A stretch of 63,348 nt of DNA, counting the filler, from Sphacelaria rigidula (Eukaryota), in the NCBI GenBank assembly GCA_964200075.2. It is 6 parts of 6 records of this genome, joined end to end, with 100 filler letters (N's around TTAATTAATTAA, not from the genome) between each part and the next. Parts side by side here need not be neighbours in the genome. Positions count along the whole stretch, not along the records: positions 31,729 to 42,202 come from CAXNAA020006434.1; positions 42,303 to 52,775 come from CAXNAA020006435.1; positions 52,876 to 63,348 come from CAXNAA020006436.1; 3 more parts are not named here. One strand, 5' to 3'. The stretch's first letter is position 1. Each line of letters starts with the position of its first letter. Position numbers and translations under genes: made by a program. The notes under the pieces were generated by a model that was given only the letters and a program-made list of their open reading frames with translations, did not search any database and had not been told where the DNA came from. Positions 40,688 through 53,035 of the stretch are shown in pieces.

Positions 40688-41930
40688 CAAGCTGGGCCAG
40701 CGTAGACACGGATTTAAGCTCTCGAAGCAATATCTCGTCGACACGGACGAGTTGGGCCATGATCCGCATACTGTATTAATCGTCTAACCAGGAGGAAGGT
40801 GACCATCTACTCAAAAGTTTGGGCCCATATTTTCTAGTTGATCAAACCCCATGTCTAGTAATTCCTATACCTAACGGAGTTATCGCGTCTCAGTTTTTGA
40901 GAGTTATGCTATGAACGTTTGTATGGAGAACCGCTGGTGCATACGAGTAGTCAAGATAAGAAAGACAACTTTTTCATTTTTTTCGTCCTGTTTTCGTTCT
41001 TTTTCCGGTTTTTGGGGCAGTTTTGGGGAGAAATAAACACTGCTCGTGGGCTTTACCTCAATTTTTTAGCTCAACTTTTAGATTGTGATTTGAAACTCAG
41101 GATGAAGAACCATGAAGGTATGCCGGAGAAAAAAAATGGGCACTCATTTTATTTGGGGGGGGAGAGGTTCGTGCGTTCTCGCAAAAAAATGGTCGTTTCC
41201 ATACTAAAACGCCCTAAAACGGCGAAGAAGAAAATTGACGTGACCCACTCTATTTCGTCAAATATGCCCTAGCCACGGCCCACACAGTGTTTCAATACAC
41301 AAACACCAAACGTGGGCCGGTAAGCGGCCTGCAAAATACTGCTCCGAATTTATTCTGACCCCGTCACTGAATGGTCGATCCGTTCACCGGCCAATATTTT
41401 GAGTTGGTCCCTGAAATGTGGTATGGACAATGAATAGGGCACAATAAAAACAAATAACAGTGTAAGAAATTCATTTATTTTTTCAAGTCAAGCGCGATAA
41501 TCAGCTTTCAGGTATCAGTACAGACTGATGCTACGGTAGGGGTACAGAAATAATTTCTGAGATTAAAATTGTTAGGAGCCCCTTATCTCGTCCAAAACAC
41601 GACTTATAAAAATGCGAGAGTACGCCAAGATTACTATTCTTATGTGCTGGGGATATCCCGAATAAATCTTGAAATGGGGATGCCCTGACCCGTATTCTTG
41701 TGCGTCTAAAATCGTTAGGAGCCCCTGAATCAGACAAAATTTCGCGAAAAAAGTGCACCCCTACCGTAACATTGCTCTACAATACCCTCAACTCATAAAA
41801 AAAAATTGTGTACACTGGTATTTATCATGCCCTATTTATTATCCATACCAAATTTTAGGATCCAACTCTAAATATTGGTCGGTAAATGGGCCTGCAAACT
41901 ACAAATTCGCTTCTCGGCTGGCCCAACTGG
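40688..41930. mobile_element. TA-flanked non-autonomous Tc1/mariner-type element
   Basis: ta|caagctgggccagc ... gctggcccaactgg|ta; internal inverted arms at 41381-41450 and 41820-41890. Confidence 0.6.
41523..41777. mobile_element. Sola-like MITE family A, copy 3 (nested)
   Basis: gactgatgctacggtagggg / cccctaccgtaacattgctc with a perfect TSD taca/taca. Confidence 0.8.
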
Positions 41931-42202
41931 TATACGAGTATGAGAGCTGCATGAGCTATACACGTTTGTCCTGGGTGAGCTATGAGAGCTACATGAGCTA
42001 CGCATGTTTGCCCTAAATGAGCTATGAGAGCTACGTGAGCTACGTATGTTTGCCCTGGATGAGCTGCCAGACGTGGCTCATCCTCGCATGTTTGCCCTGG
42101 GTAAGGTGTGAGAGCTACATTAGCTACGCACTGTGACGGTTTAAGAGACAACCAATAGACTACTGACCTGTCAGCGCTGACTGGTCAGTAGTCTAGTTGG
42201 TT

Positions 42203-42302
42203 NNNNNNNNNNNNNNNNNNNNNNNNNNNNNNNNNNNNNNNNNNNNTTAATTAATTAANNNNNNNNNNNNNNNNNNNNNNNNNNNNNNNNNNNNNNNNNN
42301 NN
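42203..42302. other. Artificial contig spacer
   Basis: N-run with TTAATTAATTAA linker. Confidence 0.98.
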
Positions 42303-43369
42303 TCATCCTCAATGAAAAGCACCATCCTCAACATAGATGATCGGCTGTTCAACGTAACCTCACGGCCAAAGGGACAGTCAGGTAAGTCATGAATCGGATC
42401 GCTTTTTCACAAAAACATTCTCCGAGGTATCCCGAAGGGACGACGCAAGACTCTCGCCTACTTTTCCCTTTTCGGACTGATTCGAAATGACTCTCGTATA
42501 AATATCGTGCTTGCCCACAAATCTCGGATAATTAATTGTTGAAGCACACTTCATGAAAGATTCGCTGGACAGCATGACTTTCAGGACGCGGCAGAGTATA
42601 CAGTACTTGAATAATATGGTTCGGTGGAACATATACTCGACATCAATGCGCCCACCCAGTATAGTGGGTGGGTGATGTGTTGTAAGACCATCTTTCATGG
42701 CAACGAATCTCCAATTCGCGACTTCGGAATCGGGGGGACCGTTTCATAGTATCACAGAATTGTGACTTGTTTCTGTACGCGGTATGTTTCTGCATGAGGG
42801 TGGTACTGCCTGTCGCGTACTCATGAAGCCGAAGAGTACGCAGGCGGTGAATGATCTGTGACGAAGTTACGCCGTTACGTTGTGGCAGTGATGATCTGGG
42901 TATTGGCTGGGGACACGGTGATGATACCCTTACGGCGCTATGAGGCTGTGCCTGCAAGGAAACTCCGGATAATGAAATGCTGCAAAGGATGACAACTGAA
43001 CCTAAAGCCAGTACGACCGGGGAGTCCCTCAAACAGCAGTGATCCAGCAGTTCGTTTTGCGGCTGGTGTCACGATATCGATATTAGTGCTAGTACCTGAC
43101 GGAACCTTATGGAAGAATTTCGGCGGAATAGTCTGGAAGCTGGGGACAACCTGATTCATCACGGACGCGTGGAGGGAGTTCAAGCAGAGGTAGCTGCAGA
43201 AAGGCGGCTGGCCTGTGGTTGATCCAGACTGGAGACTTGCTGAAGCTGCGTACAGCAGGGGTTTGGAGGCTCCTACTGTTGTGTGGTGTGGCGACGCAGA
43301 CAGGGTCAAGTGTGCAATTCGCGACAATCCGCTGGCCTGCGGAAGGTTCGCAGGTAGCCGGCTGCCGCT

Positions 43370-44527
43370 ATGGCGACCAGCTCGCGTGCTGCATCCAGCG
43401 TGACGCCCGTGGTTATACGAGAAGAGTTGCGGCCTTCCCAATACGAGGATGGGTACTCCGAGAGTGCATCCCGCATTTTCTACGTCAAGTACTTGAAACA
43501 CAAGAAGTGTGTTGAACACGCTAGCGCAGGGGGTGCTATGCGGCACCAGGTGGTGTCGATGGCTCAACAAGTGCCTACGCATGCACAGAGAGGGTTTGCT
43601 CGTGTGGAACATGGTGAGAGCACAACCATCCTGCCGCAACTGCTTGCGGCGATCAAAAAGCATGCTGGGCATGCGGCGGGCGCCGAGGTGGAGCTGCCCC
43701 AAGCGTCCGCGGCCGTGGCGAAAGCTGTCGCCATGGATTCTCGGGGAAAGACAGTGCTAGAGCTGGTGGAAACAATTTTGTCAAACCTGGAGAAGTACTT
43801 CACGGAAAATCCGAACGATAGATTGTTATATCGTTCCCCTGATATTGAGTGTATTCCCGGCCTGGCTACAGTAATCACCAAGGCTTTTGTGGAGGGGTTG
43901 GCGCCGACACTTTCTACGATAGCCCCCCCCCCCCACGTGAATCGGAATGGGAAAAGCCGAGCACACCCCGCAGCTGGGAATTCTCACTCTTGGGTTCGTT
44001 CTCGCCAATGTCGCCAATATGAGGCGCTTCATGCAACCTTAACCCAAACATGAGGAACTGTATGACCATTTTTTTCGTGACACTTTCTGGCCTTTTTTTT
44101 TGGGGGGGGGGGGGGGGGGGGGTATCGTAGAAAGTGTCCGCCGAAAAAATCCAAGCAAGCCGTGCTCGTCAAGTTGCAGCACGAGACCAACGGGAAGGCC
44201 AACCCCTACCTTGGAATGGACACCGTCGTGGAGGAGGCCAATGAGTGGCGGAAGGTAGCGGTGTTCAGCCAGTCGTCCACGTCCTCGCCGAAGTCTTTGC
44301 GCCACCACAGCTCAATATCAGCCGGCCGCGCCGCGACCATCATTCCCCCCCGCTGTGGCCAGGTCGGCCGTCACGCGCGCGATTGCCCAACGTCTTCCGG
44401 TGAGGAGTCCGGACAGCCCCATGCCGCGCAACATCGGCATCGTCAGCACAAGGGCAAATTACGAGGTGATCGGGGTGGTGGCGGCGGCGGTGGAGGGTCG
44501 CAGTCGAGTTCTCAGCAGCGGCAGTAG
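43370..44527 (+). pseudogene. gag with degenerate zinc knuckle, interrupted by a MITE
   Basis: ORFs 43370.. and 44162.. fuse in frame when 43906-44142 is removed. RCGQVGRHARDCP is a CCHC-like knuckle. Confidence 0.8.
43906..44138 (+). mobile_element. MITE family B, inserted in gag
   Basis: TIRs gacactttctacgata(g)ccc / gggtatcgtagaaagtgtc; TSD cgcc/cgcc. Confidence 0.88.
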
Positions 44528-44879
44528 GGGCAGCGGCGTCAGCATGGGTTTGGTTCTGGGTCCGATGCCGCCGTAGGTGCTGCTGCTCCGTAGCGAGCGG
44601 TGCGTGTCGGACCAACCTTTACAGTGTCGAACACTGCGCCGGCGCCGGTGGTGTTGCCGGTGGCGACGCCGGCAGCAGCGCCAGGCGCGACGCCTGCTGA
44701 TGCACTGGTCGAAGTTTCGCCAGAGTCTTTGTCTGCTGGCTGGAGGTCGTACCCGTCGAACCTGCCGGATCATCTTCGTCTGCGCAGCCGTGGCGTTAAG
44801 TAGGATCAGCAGCGCATCGGTCGGCGGATGAAGTGCCAGTAGTTCGCGGACAAGTACTTTCTTGCGGAGCTGTGTCTTC

Positions 44880-47800
44880 CAAATCAACCAGAGCGTGGAG
44901 CCATCGCGGCTCGGGCTGTGTTGGATTCTGGCGCCCACCTCATGAGCCTGTTGATGCAGAATGTAAGGATGTTGGAGCGTCTCTTCCCGAGTGTGCCGCT
45001 GCGCATTCCGTTCTTGCTCGGGGCGCGGCAGGCTGTCACCGCGTCGGATGAGCATGTTTCCGTCACGGATGGTACTGTCCTGCTGCAGCTGGCTTCCACG
45101 ACTTCCTGGTGACCAGTGCCGACACCTCCGATATCGGTTGCGAACATGTCGGGGTAGGATAGCGTCATTCTTCTGGGGTGACCGACTCTTCAGGATCTTG
45201 AATTCGACCCATATGAGTGGTTGTGGGACTCCATGAAGACACGGATGTCTCCACCTGGTCTGCGCGTGGAGACGCCCGCCTTTTTAAACAGTCGTCGTGC
45301 GAGCTTGTCGGTGGATGCTTTCCAGGAGGCTGGGGGACAGGTGACCGGGGAGCTGGATGAGGCCGTGGAACGCTTGGTGGAGCGCGGCCCGAAGATGTTC
45401 ATGGATCCAGCGGAAGAGGAATCCGCTCGGAAGGTCGCACTGGAGGAGAGCGTGACAGATGCTGTGGCGAAAGGCCTCATCGTCTCAAAAGCGGAACGCC
45501 TGCGCGGCATCTTGTATCGCCGCGTCAACGCGGTTCTTCGTGCGCTTCGGGGTGATCCCCCTGCGCGAGTGGAGCCCATGCGTGTTCAGCTCAAACCTGG
45601 GGCGTCTGCGGTGAAGACGAAGCCGCGGCGGTACATTCGGTGAAGTCGAGTTGGTCGGCGTCATGCATGTCGGCTCTTTCGGCGCCCGGGTTGGTGTTCC
45701 GGAACTTGCAGGCGGTGTGATCCAGTCCGGCAATGATGGTTCCGAAGAAGGATTCGTTCCACCTGGTAAGCGACTAGAAGGCCGTGTATGAGCAGGTTGA
45801 GAAGTCGCCGGGTGTGATGCCCAACCAAGAGTCGGACAGGCGTGATCTGTCGAGTGCTCGCTTTTTTGGCAAGCTGGACCTCCTCCAAGGTTAGTGGCAG
45901 ACGTCGTTGGCAGAGGAGGCGCAGGAGATTTTGACCGTCACGACTCCGCTTGGCTTGTTCACCCCGACGCGAGTGCCGCAAGTCGTGCTGAATGCCTCAG
46001 CATATTTTCAAGGCATCATGGCAGAACGTTTCGTCGGCTTGAAATACAAGATACGGGTGGACGATGTGTTATTTTCGCGGACATGGATGACGAACTATTA
46101 GACACGCTTGATGCTCTCTTGGCTCGTTTAGAGAGTGTTGGTTTGTTGGCGGTTGTGCACAAGTGTAACGTTTTTGCCAGTGAACTCGTGCGGTGTTGCA
46201 AAGTGTACTCACACGGACGCGTATCTCATGACCCTGTCAAATAGCACGGCTTTTCTGCCATGCGGCGCCCGGAGACGGCCACAGAACTCATGCAATAATT
46301 CCCGGTCGTGAACTTGCTGCATACCTCGTTGCCGCGTATGGCAGAAATCGCAGCTCCCTTACGCTCGTTCCTCGAAGAACTCATGGCGGGTGCTGCGAGG
46401 CGAACGAAGCGTGTGGCAAAAACCCGCTATTCCGTCTGCATTGTGGATGGAGGGCAGGTTGCAGGCGTGGGCGGCGGCAAAGGATCTGGTGGCCCATGCC
46501 GTGACGCTGTTTCATCCTTGTCCGGATTGCCAAGTGTTGATGTTTCCGGATACTTCTGAGTGGCATTGGGGTAGTTTCATGAAGCAGGTGCCTGGAGGTG
46601 AAATGTATCGACGCTTGCCGGTCGAGGATATGACGCATGAACCGCTGTCTTTCCTCGGTGGTAGTTCAAGGGTTCGCAGTTGCGTAGGACCACATTTGAC
46701 GAGTAAGGTTTTGCTATCGTAAGCACTTTTCGTCATTTGGCGCATCTTTTGTGGGATGGCGTGCATATTTTCACAAATCACCGAAATGTCGTGTTTACTT
46801 TCAACCCGGAAGCGTGCGTCACGTCTGTGTCGAAGGTGTTGGCACAACATTTGCAGGGTTGGAAATATGTTCTTGGCCATTATCGATACTCGATTCGCAA
46901 CATTTCAGGCAACAGTAACGCGTGGGGTGACTTGCTCTTGCGTTGGGTGAATATTCCGGCTATGCCTGTGCGCGCTGTAGCTGTGTATGGTCCGTGTGAA
47001 CCTGATGACTCGATGCCGTCCAAATCTGTGAACTGCCGAGCGCAACGGACAGACCTCGGGGCCGAAGAGGCGGATGTGCGCTCTTTCGAGTCGGACGTTG
47101 GTACTCCTATCTTCGACAATGAAGGTCTGTTTCGTGTGCATGTGCGTGGCCGAAACGTCTTGTGGATCCCGACTTCTGACGAGCAGTTGCAGGTACGTCT
47201 GATGGTCTGAGCGCACATGTGCGACGCCGGGCATCGTGGTGTGGCTGCGATGCTCGTGCACTTGCAGGAGTTCTATGTTTGGCAGGGGATGGAAACTCAG
47301 GTTCGCGAAATTGTCCGCCAGTGTCTTCACTGTGCTGACTCGAGGGCGGGTTATATTGTTCCCCGCACGCTCGGTGAAACGGTACATGTGACTATGCCGA
47401 ATAAAGTCCTTCATTTTGACTTTTGTACGTGGGCAAGAGTGGCCCGCTAGCTTCCCAAGGCTTGTCAGAGGATACTGGGTTTCGATACATTTTGATAATC
47501 AAACATGATTTGAACAACCTCTTGTCTCTGGAACCGGTAGCAGTGTGTACTGCCGAATCGACTGCTGCATCTTTGCTGAATCAGTGCAAACCTTGGGGGG
47601 TGCCGCGTGTGTGGGTGAGTAGCACCGCCACGCATTTCCAGAATGCCGTCTTGAACCAATTGCGATCACCACTTCGCGGTGGCGTATTCCCCGTGGTCTA
47701 ACGGCACGTGCAAACGCATGGTCAAGGAAATAGTTCTTGCTCACCCCTCTATTCTTCTCGAGCAGCGTATAATGGTTTCCGAGTGGATGGACGTGTTGCC

Positions 47801-48542
47801 TGCGGTGTAATAGGCGCTCAAAACAGCGTATCGTCGTCGCTACGATAGTACACCGTACCACGTGATGTTTGGTCGTGCTGCTCGGACGTCTTTTTCGGTG
47901 TTGGCGTCTTCATCGGCGGGAGAATGGAAGTGTGATGTATTGGATGATGACCAACATAAACGTGCATTGCAAGGAGCTGTGGACTTGTGAGAACGTTTCC
48001 GCGTTCAAGTGCAGGAGCGTCTTGCCGCAGAACGTGCGCATAGACGTGAGGGGTCCTCGTCGGGGCTGGAACTGCCGAATTTGGAGGTAAGAGACTATGT
48101 CTTTTACGTACGCGTGAGTCGTCCGGGCGTTACGCCCAAGTTGATTACGACGAGGACTGGTCCGTGGAAAGTGGTTGGTGCTCACCACTCGCACGTGTTT
48201 GAGGTTCAGAACATTGTTTAGGGTCGTGTTCAGACCCCCCATGCAGCTCATTTGCGTTTTTATACAGACTCGCAGCTTAATGTTACGGCTGACGTTAAGG
48301 ACGTGTTCCATCATGCTTTTAATCGGGGGCAATTTCAAATGACTGGTATTGTCCGAGTGGCAGAAACAGACGATCGTAAGTTGATCGTGTTGGTCGACTG
48401 GGTTGGTTTCGAAGTTGAGGATCGTACGCGGGAGCCTTTCAAGGATATTTTTGAGGCCACTTGGGAATTTCTCAGCAAGGAGTTGCGTAAATTGCGCGTG
48501 ACTCGTGCCGTTGCTGCTCGCATAACCCGTGCGTTTTGGTGA
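44880..48542 (+). pseudogene. pol relic: protease, RT, RNase H, integrase, chromodomain
   Basis: PR: VLDSGA. RT: LDLLQG*WQ, GLFTPTRVPQ, RVDD. RH: MFPDTS, HEPLSFL, IFTNHRN, NAWGDLL. IN: H..DAGH..CLHC, LHFDF, TGPWKVV. Chromo: IVLVDWVGFEVEDRTREP. Many stops and frameshifts. Confidence 0.92.
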
Positions 48543-51500
48543 TCGGTTGTGACTTACTCATCATTTTGGTGTTTTTTATGTGTCACGCTTATTGATCGAT
48601 TTTTGTCCAACGCGCTTTGCGGATGCTGGGACAAAATCACGCCGTTACGTTGAATTGGTAGTGATGATCTGGATAGTGACCGGGGAAACGAGGATTCTGG
48701 AAGAATTCTAGATAGTGATAGAGGGCACGGGGATGGTACCCTCACGGATCTGTGAGAATGCCTGCAAGGGCACTCTAGATAATGAAATGTTGTAAAGGCG
48801 AACAACTGAAACTGAGGCCAGTGCGACTGGGGAGTCCCTCAAACAGCAGTGATCCAGCAGTTCGTTTTCTGGCTGGTGTCACAGGTCCTTCGAGTACAGT
48901 GTCGTCCCGTGGTACCCTCGGGTAATAAGGTCCAGGACGCTTCATTATAACAGTACATGATAGTGCTGTGTTGTAATATATGACGGCACAGTCGATATTG
49001 CGAGAAGAGTCCAGTAGTGCAGAGCTATACACCACCCTGCGAATACAGAGGCAATAGACTGGAATAGTACAGTACCCTTCGTTGTGGTGATACACATGGC
49101 AGCGTGGTGCAGTATAAAATATTACCATCGCCGCAGGGTACGCCGTCAACACTTATTATCCGCTAGCCAAACCCCAGGCACACCCTAAGCCATCACGAGA
49201 TTGTCTTCTGCTGCTATTGCAAAAATGCCAAACGCCTCGTACCCCCGTTGTACGTCAATGTATATACGTAACCTCCTCAAAATCCGGGCACCTCAGCTTC
49301 CCCCCGATATCTTGCGAAAAATCGGGGGAATACATTCTGAATTCATGATACCACAGTGCTTTCCTAGATGTTTCTTTCCTAGATGTTCGAAACATTCGAC
49401 ACTAGCGACTGTCGCAAAAGCTGGTTTAACACACACTACCCTGATGTATATACTCGTACTGATACCCTGACCGAGCAATATACTCGCATCCGTAAGGTCC
49501 CCATATTTTGACCGACCAATATATTGGCACCAACGCGGCCCAATGTGTAGCAAACGGTCAATATGTTCTCACCAATAGGATCCTGATATATGTGGATCGT
49601 GCAATATGTCTACGCCCACATTGCCCTATCATTCCCAATGTTTGAACCTGTGGGCGTATCCAGCACCAAAGTTTCTGTTCCAAACACGAACGGATGCACT
49701 CCATTCAGGCTCGGTACTCATCGCGAGATAGAAACTCTACAGATGCTGGACAAAAAAAGTGGCATCGTTTTTTCCGTATGCCAGAGCGGAAGAGGTGCTT
49801 TCACGCTACGTTTGACAGCCGTTCTGCGGATATCGAATGACTTTGAAATAGCAAACGCTTCTCCTACCAGTTGAACTCAACGGCAACATTTTCCTACAGA
49901 CAGTGCAGGGAATTATCTGGGCTTCTCCTCGCTCCTCGTACGCTTTGAGAAGCTTGCTTCATCCACCTCTGATTAGTCTGATTTCGTCAGCACTTGACAG
50001 TGTAGGCCATAAACAAAACGGCAAGTACTCCGTATGTTACCACAACACCCTTTGCTCCCGGTACGACCATATCCCGCGTCAGGCAAATGTTATGTGATAG
50101 TACTCTGCAGTTACTAAAGCTGTTCGTCCGGATGCACAGACCGGCGGGTACTAGAATTGTATATCTTTGGCGAATATATCAGCGGCTTATAGATGCCGCA
50201 CGAGCCAGTTGTTGGTTCATACGTGCGTGGTTGGACGCTATCGTATGGGATGACGTGGAATTATTGGAGTTCAACGGCAGATATATACGTGAGCTTATTT
50301 GAAGTTGCATAGCTACGTTTCTGATTTATGGCTTTGAGTAGAGACATGTCCGGGAACTGAATGACAGGCAAGTACACAGCCCCCTGTGGCACTCTTCTCA
50401 CCGCCTAAGGCCACAACAGTAGGAAAGGATAAGTCACCTCTTCGACAGCGTCTGATAGACTTCAACTACCCCCTTCCCGCCGAGATTGAGCCTCAGGATC
50501 CAAGGAGACTATACGTAAGTCTTCCCTGAGTGTAATATACATCTTTTGTTTTGCTTCCTTCTCTAATTGTATCCTTCTGCTCAATTGTGCCGCAGCTGAG
50601 CATACATCAACTGTAGCTTGCACTTCGATCGAAATGTCATTTGATCCTTGGACATCCGACATCACCCCCCTGCATCAAGCAGCTAAGGTGACAATCCACA
50701 CTTCACGCGTTGATGACTGTACATTACACCAAGTGCACGTCATGGATTACAGTATGTCAGCCCCCGTGTGGGCCACGCCAGCAGTAACTGATAAGTCACC
50801 GCCAGGGGTATCTTGCTTCACTCTGCATGCCAAAAACATCACCATGGGCGTTTGATCTGTACTACTTTCCTCAGCCCGAATGTGTACGATCGTCGTTGTG
50901 CCAAGTATGCGGCAAAAACCAACGATACTCACACACAGGCGCAAATAAATCTTGGCGGAAGGGCCGTTGCTCGCGCTGAAGTATAGGACGAGCGGATAGC
51001 GCTGACACGAACATCGTGCTGTATTTCGACGTGTTCTGTAGTGCACAGGGGCACAACTCGCCCAAATAGAGAAGCAGAAAGAAATTGATATTTGCATTGG
51101 TGACCACCACAGACAGACACGAGCAGATCAGTCAAGATGGAACGACTGTGGGCACCCCGCGGTCGTTTTGGGGGGAGTTGCGAAACAAACCGGCGACCGT
51201 TGTTGTGCCGGCGAAAGGGATGACAAAGTGGATATTCGTTGGTAACACAAACAGAACGGGCGAGGGGCTCCCTCTCCGCTTTTGCTCTTCCGTTGGATCA
51301 CCATGGACACGCGTGCACACCACATTAATTGGGTGCGCCTAGTCACGCCTGTTTAGCTTTTAGGGGAGACGGCATCCGAAACCGCTTGTGAGTAAAGAAC
51401 TATTCGGACATTGACATGGTTTTCGCAAAAGATTTTGGGACCCTTTCAATAGTTACCTCTATTTTTCAGCATCCTCTGTTTATTGTATTAAGGCTGGTGC

Positions 51501-52775
51501 TGGTTTACCATACCCAAAGTTTGTCATCAGCAACTGCCTTCCGCACTACCTACCCAATTGGCGCCTGCATGGTGTCATACTTACCGCCATGGACAACCCA
51601 AGGGGATGAACCAGCCGGATTTCGTTCCGGGCCATAGGGGTGGGGCCAAGGGCAAAAAGCTACTTCAAACAATCAGCGGCCTTCGGGTTGTTCTGAACTA
51701 CAAGATACGGACTTACAAGCCATTTTCTACCCAGTCGTCACACGCGTCAAATTCTAGTACTGTAATCAACATCAGTTCGGGAATTCGTAGAATGGGAAAC
51801 AAAGCATTACACCCAAAATCGTGCTGTTTCGATGTGACCGAATTATACCCGAAACCGTGCTGTTTCGGCGATAAGGGGTTTCGGCGTCGTCGGATTTCCA
51901 CCGATGTTGGGTACCGAACACCTCGAAACTCTCCTGATAGTTTCCCATCAAGTTGTCCTAGAAACAAACCTCCGGACGCCCTCTCGAATTTGGCAGTTTG
52001 ATAGTCAATAGTTCTCCCATGAGAACAATGTATTTCTGAAATATGTTTGATTTTTCCGCCCTTCACCGGCTTCCGGGGGTCCCAGCGTGTTGTAGACTCC
52101 CGGGCGCCGCTGTAAAGCTCCACGAAAGAAACAAATAAAACCTTGCGTCCCGGATTATTTCAAAGAAAATTCTACGAAATATTTTTGTTTAGCTCATGGA
52201 AATGATCAGTTTATTCTCCTTTTGACGTTAACATGCCCGAAGAGGCGCTTCTATACTGAACTCGAGGATTCCTTTCATCTTTGGTTCAGGAAGTGAACAG
52301 TTTACCCTTTGAACAAGTGAGCGCTCACTGTTTCATTGGGTACACTGTTCACTTCCTGAACAAAGTAGATTCATCATACTAAGGCATGGCAACCCCAAAA
52401 GGTCTTGTGTGTTGCATGCTTGATAGGTTCTGTTGTTGGAACTCGTAGCATATGCCACGGTGATCGTGGCCATGTACCACCATTTTGTAGATTTTGGAAT
52501 TCATGGCTGTTAACCTTCTCTGTTTCAGTATTTACAGTTTACAATCAGTCCGCCATTTTCCTCTTTTGATTCACAGTGCCAGTTAGTACGTACGGTCAAT
52601 CGCCTCAGAAGTTAGTGTGGAATTCATTTTGTTTTTTCGAGAGTTTGTTCATGCCGAGTTCTTGTAATTGTGCGCCCGGCTGGGGTTTTGTCCTCCCGTT
52701 TGTGTGCTGTGACGCTAGCAGGTTTGCTAGTACTGCAGCGTCTAAATGTTGTTGAGGGACTCCCCAGCTCTTCTG

Positions 52776-52875
52776 NNNNNNNNNNNNNNNNNNNNNNNNN
52801 NNNNNNNNNNNNNNNNNNNTTAATTAATTAANNNNNNNNNNNNNNNNNNNNNNNNNNNNNNNNNNNNNNNNNNNN
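52776..52875. other. Artificial contig spacer
   Basis: N-run with TTAATTAATTAA linker. Confidence 0.98.
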
Positions 52876-53035
52876 TCCGAGTAGGACTCGTGGACGGCAA
52901 ACCGCCGAAACGGCCACCAAATTAGCCGTATCCGGTCCTGACCTTCCCCTCCCTGCCCCCACCCCGGTCCCCGATAGTTTCCTTGCGCCCCCGCAGCCCC
53001 CGCGACGCAAAACCTCAAGAAAATCGACCCCGACC

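Larger units (their letters stand above)
40450..42130 (+). repeat. 42-bp minisatellite (GAGCTATGAGAGCTACATGAGCTACGCATGTTTGCCCTGGGT-like) split by a nested insertion
   Basis: Units at about 40476-40687 and 41936-42130, same orientation, period 42. Confidence 0.8.
42845..48883 (+). mobile_element. Ty3/gypsy LTR retrotransposon with chromodomain (chromovirus-like), near full length, decayed
   Basis: LTR-like direct repeats at about 42845-43073 and 48581-48883 share ggggagtccctcaaacagcagtgatccagcagttcgtttt..ggctggtgtcac. Internal order is gag-PR-RT-RH-IN-chromo. The 5' LTR start is uncertain and may be near 42677. Confidence 0.92.

Noticed and set aside
42938..43702. 254-aa minus-strand ORF (and similar ORFs at 31971, 33776, 45190 and 46905)
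   Set aside because: These are antisense shadows of retrotransposon coding sequence.
50462..50850. Possible terminal exon(s) of a minus-strand gene
   Set aside because: The peptide looks protein-like, but there is no family match or verifiable upstream exon chain.
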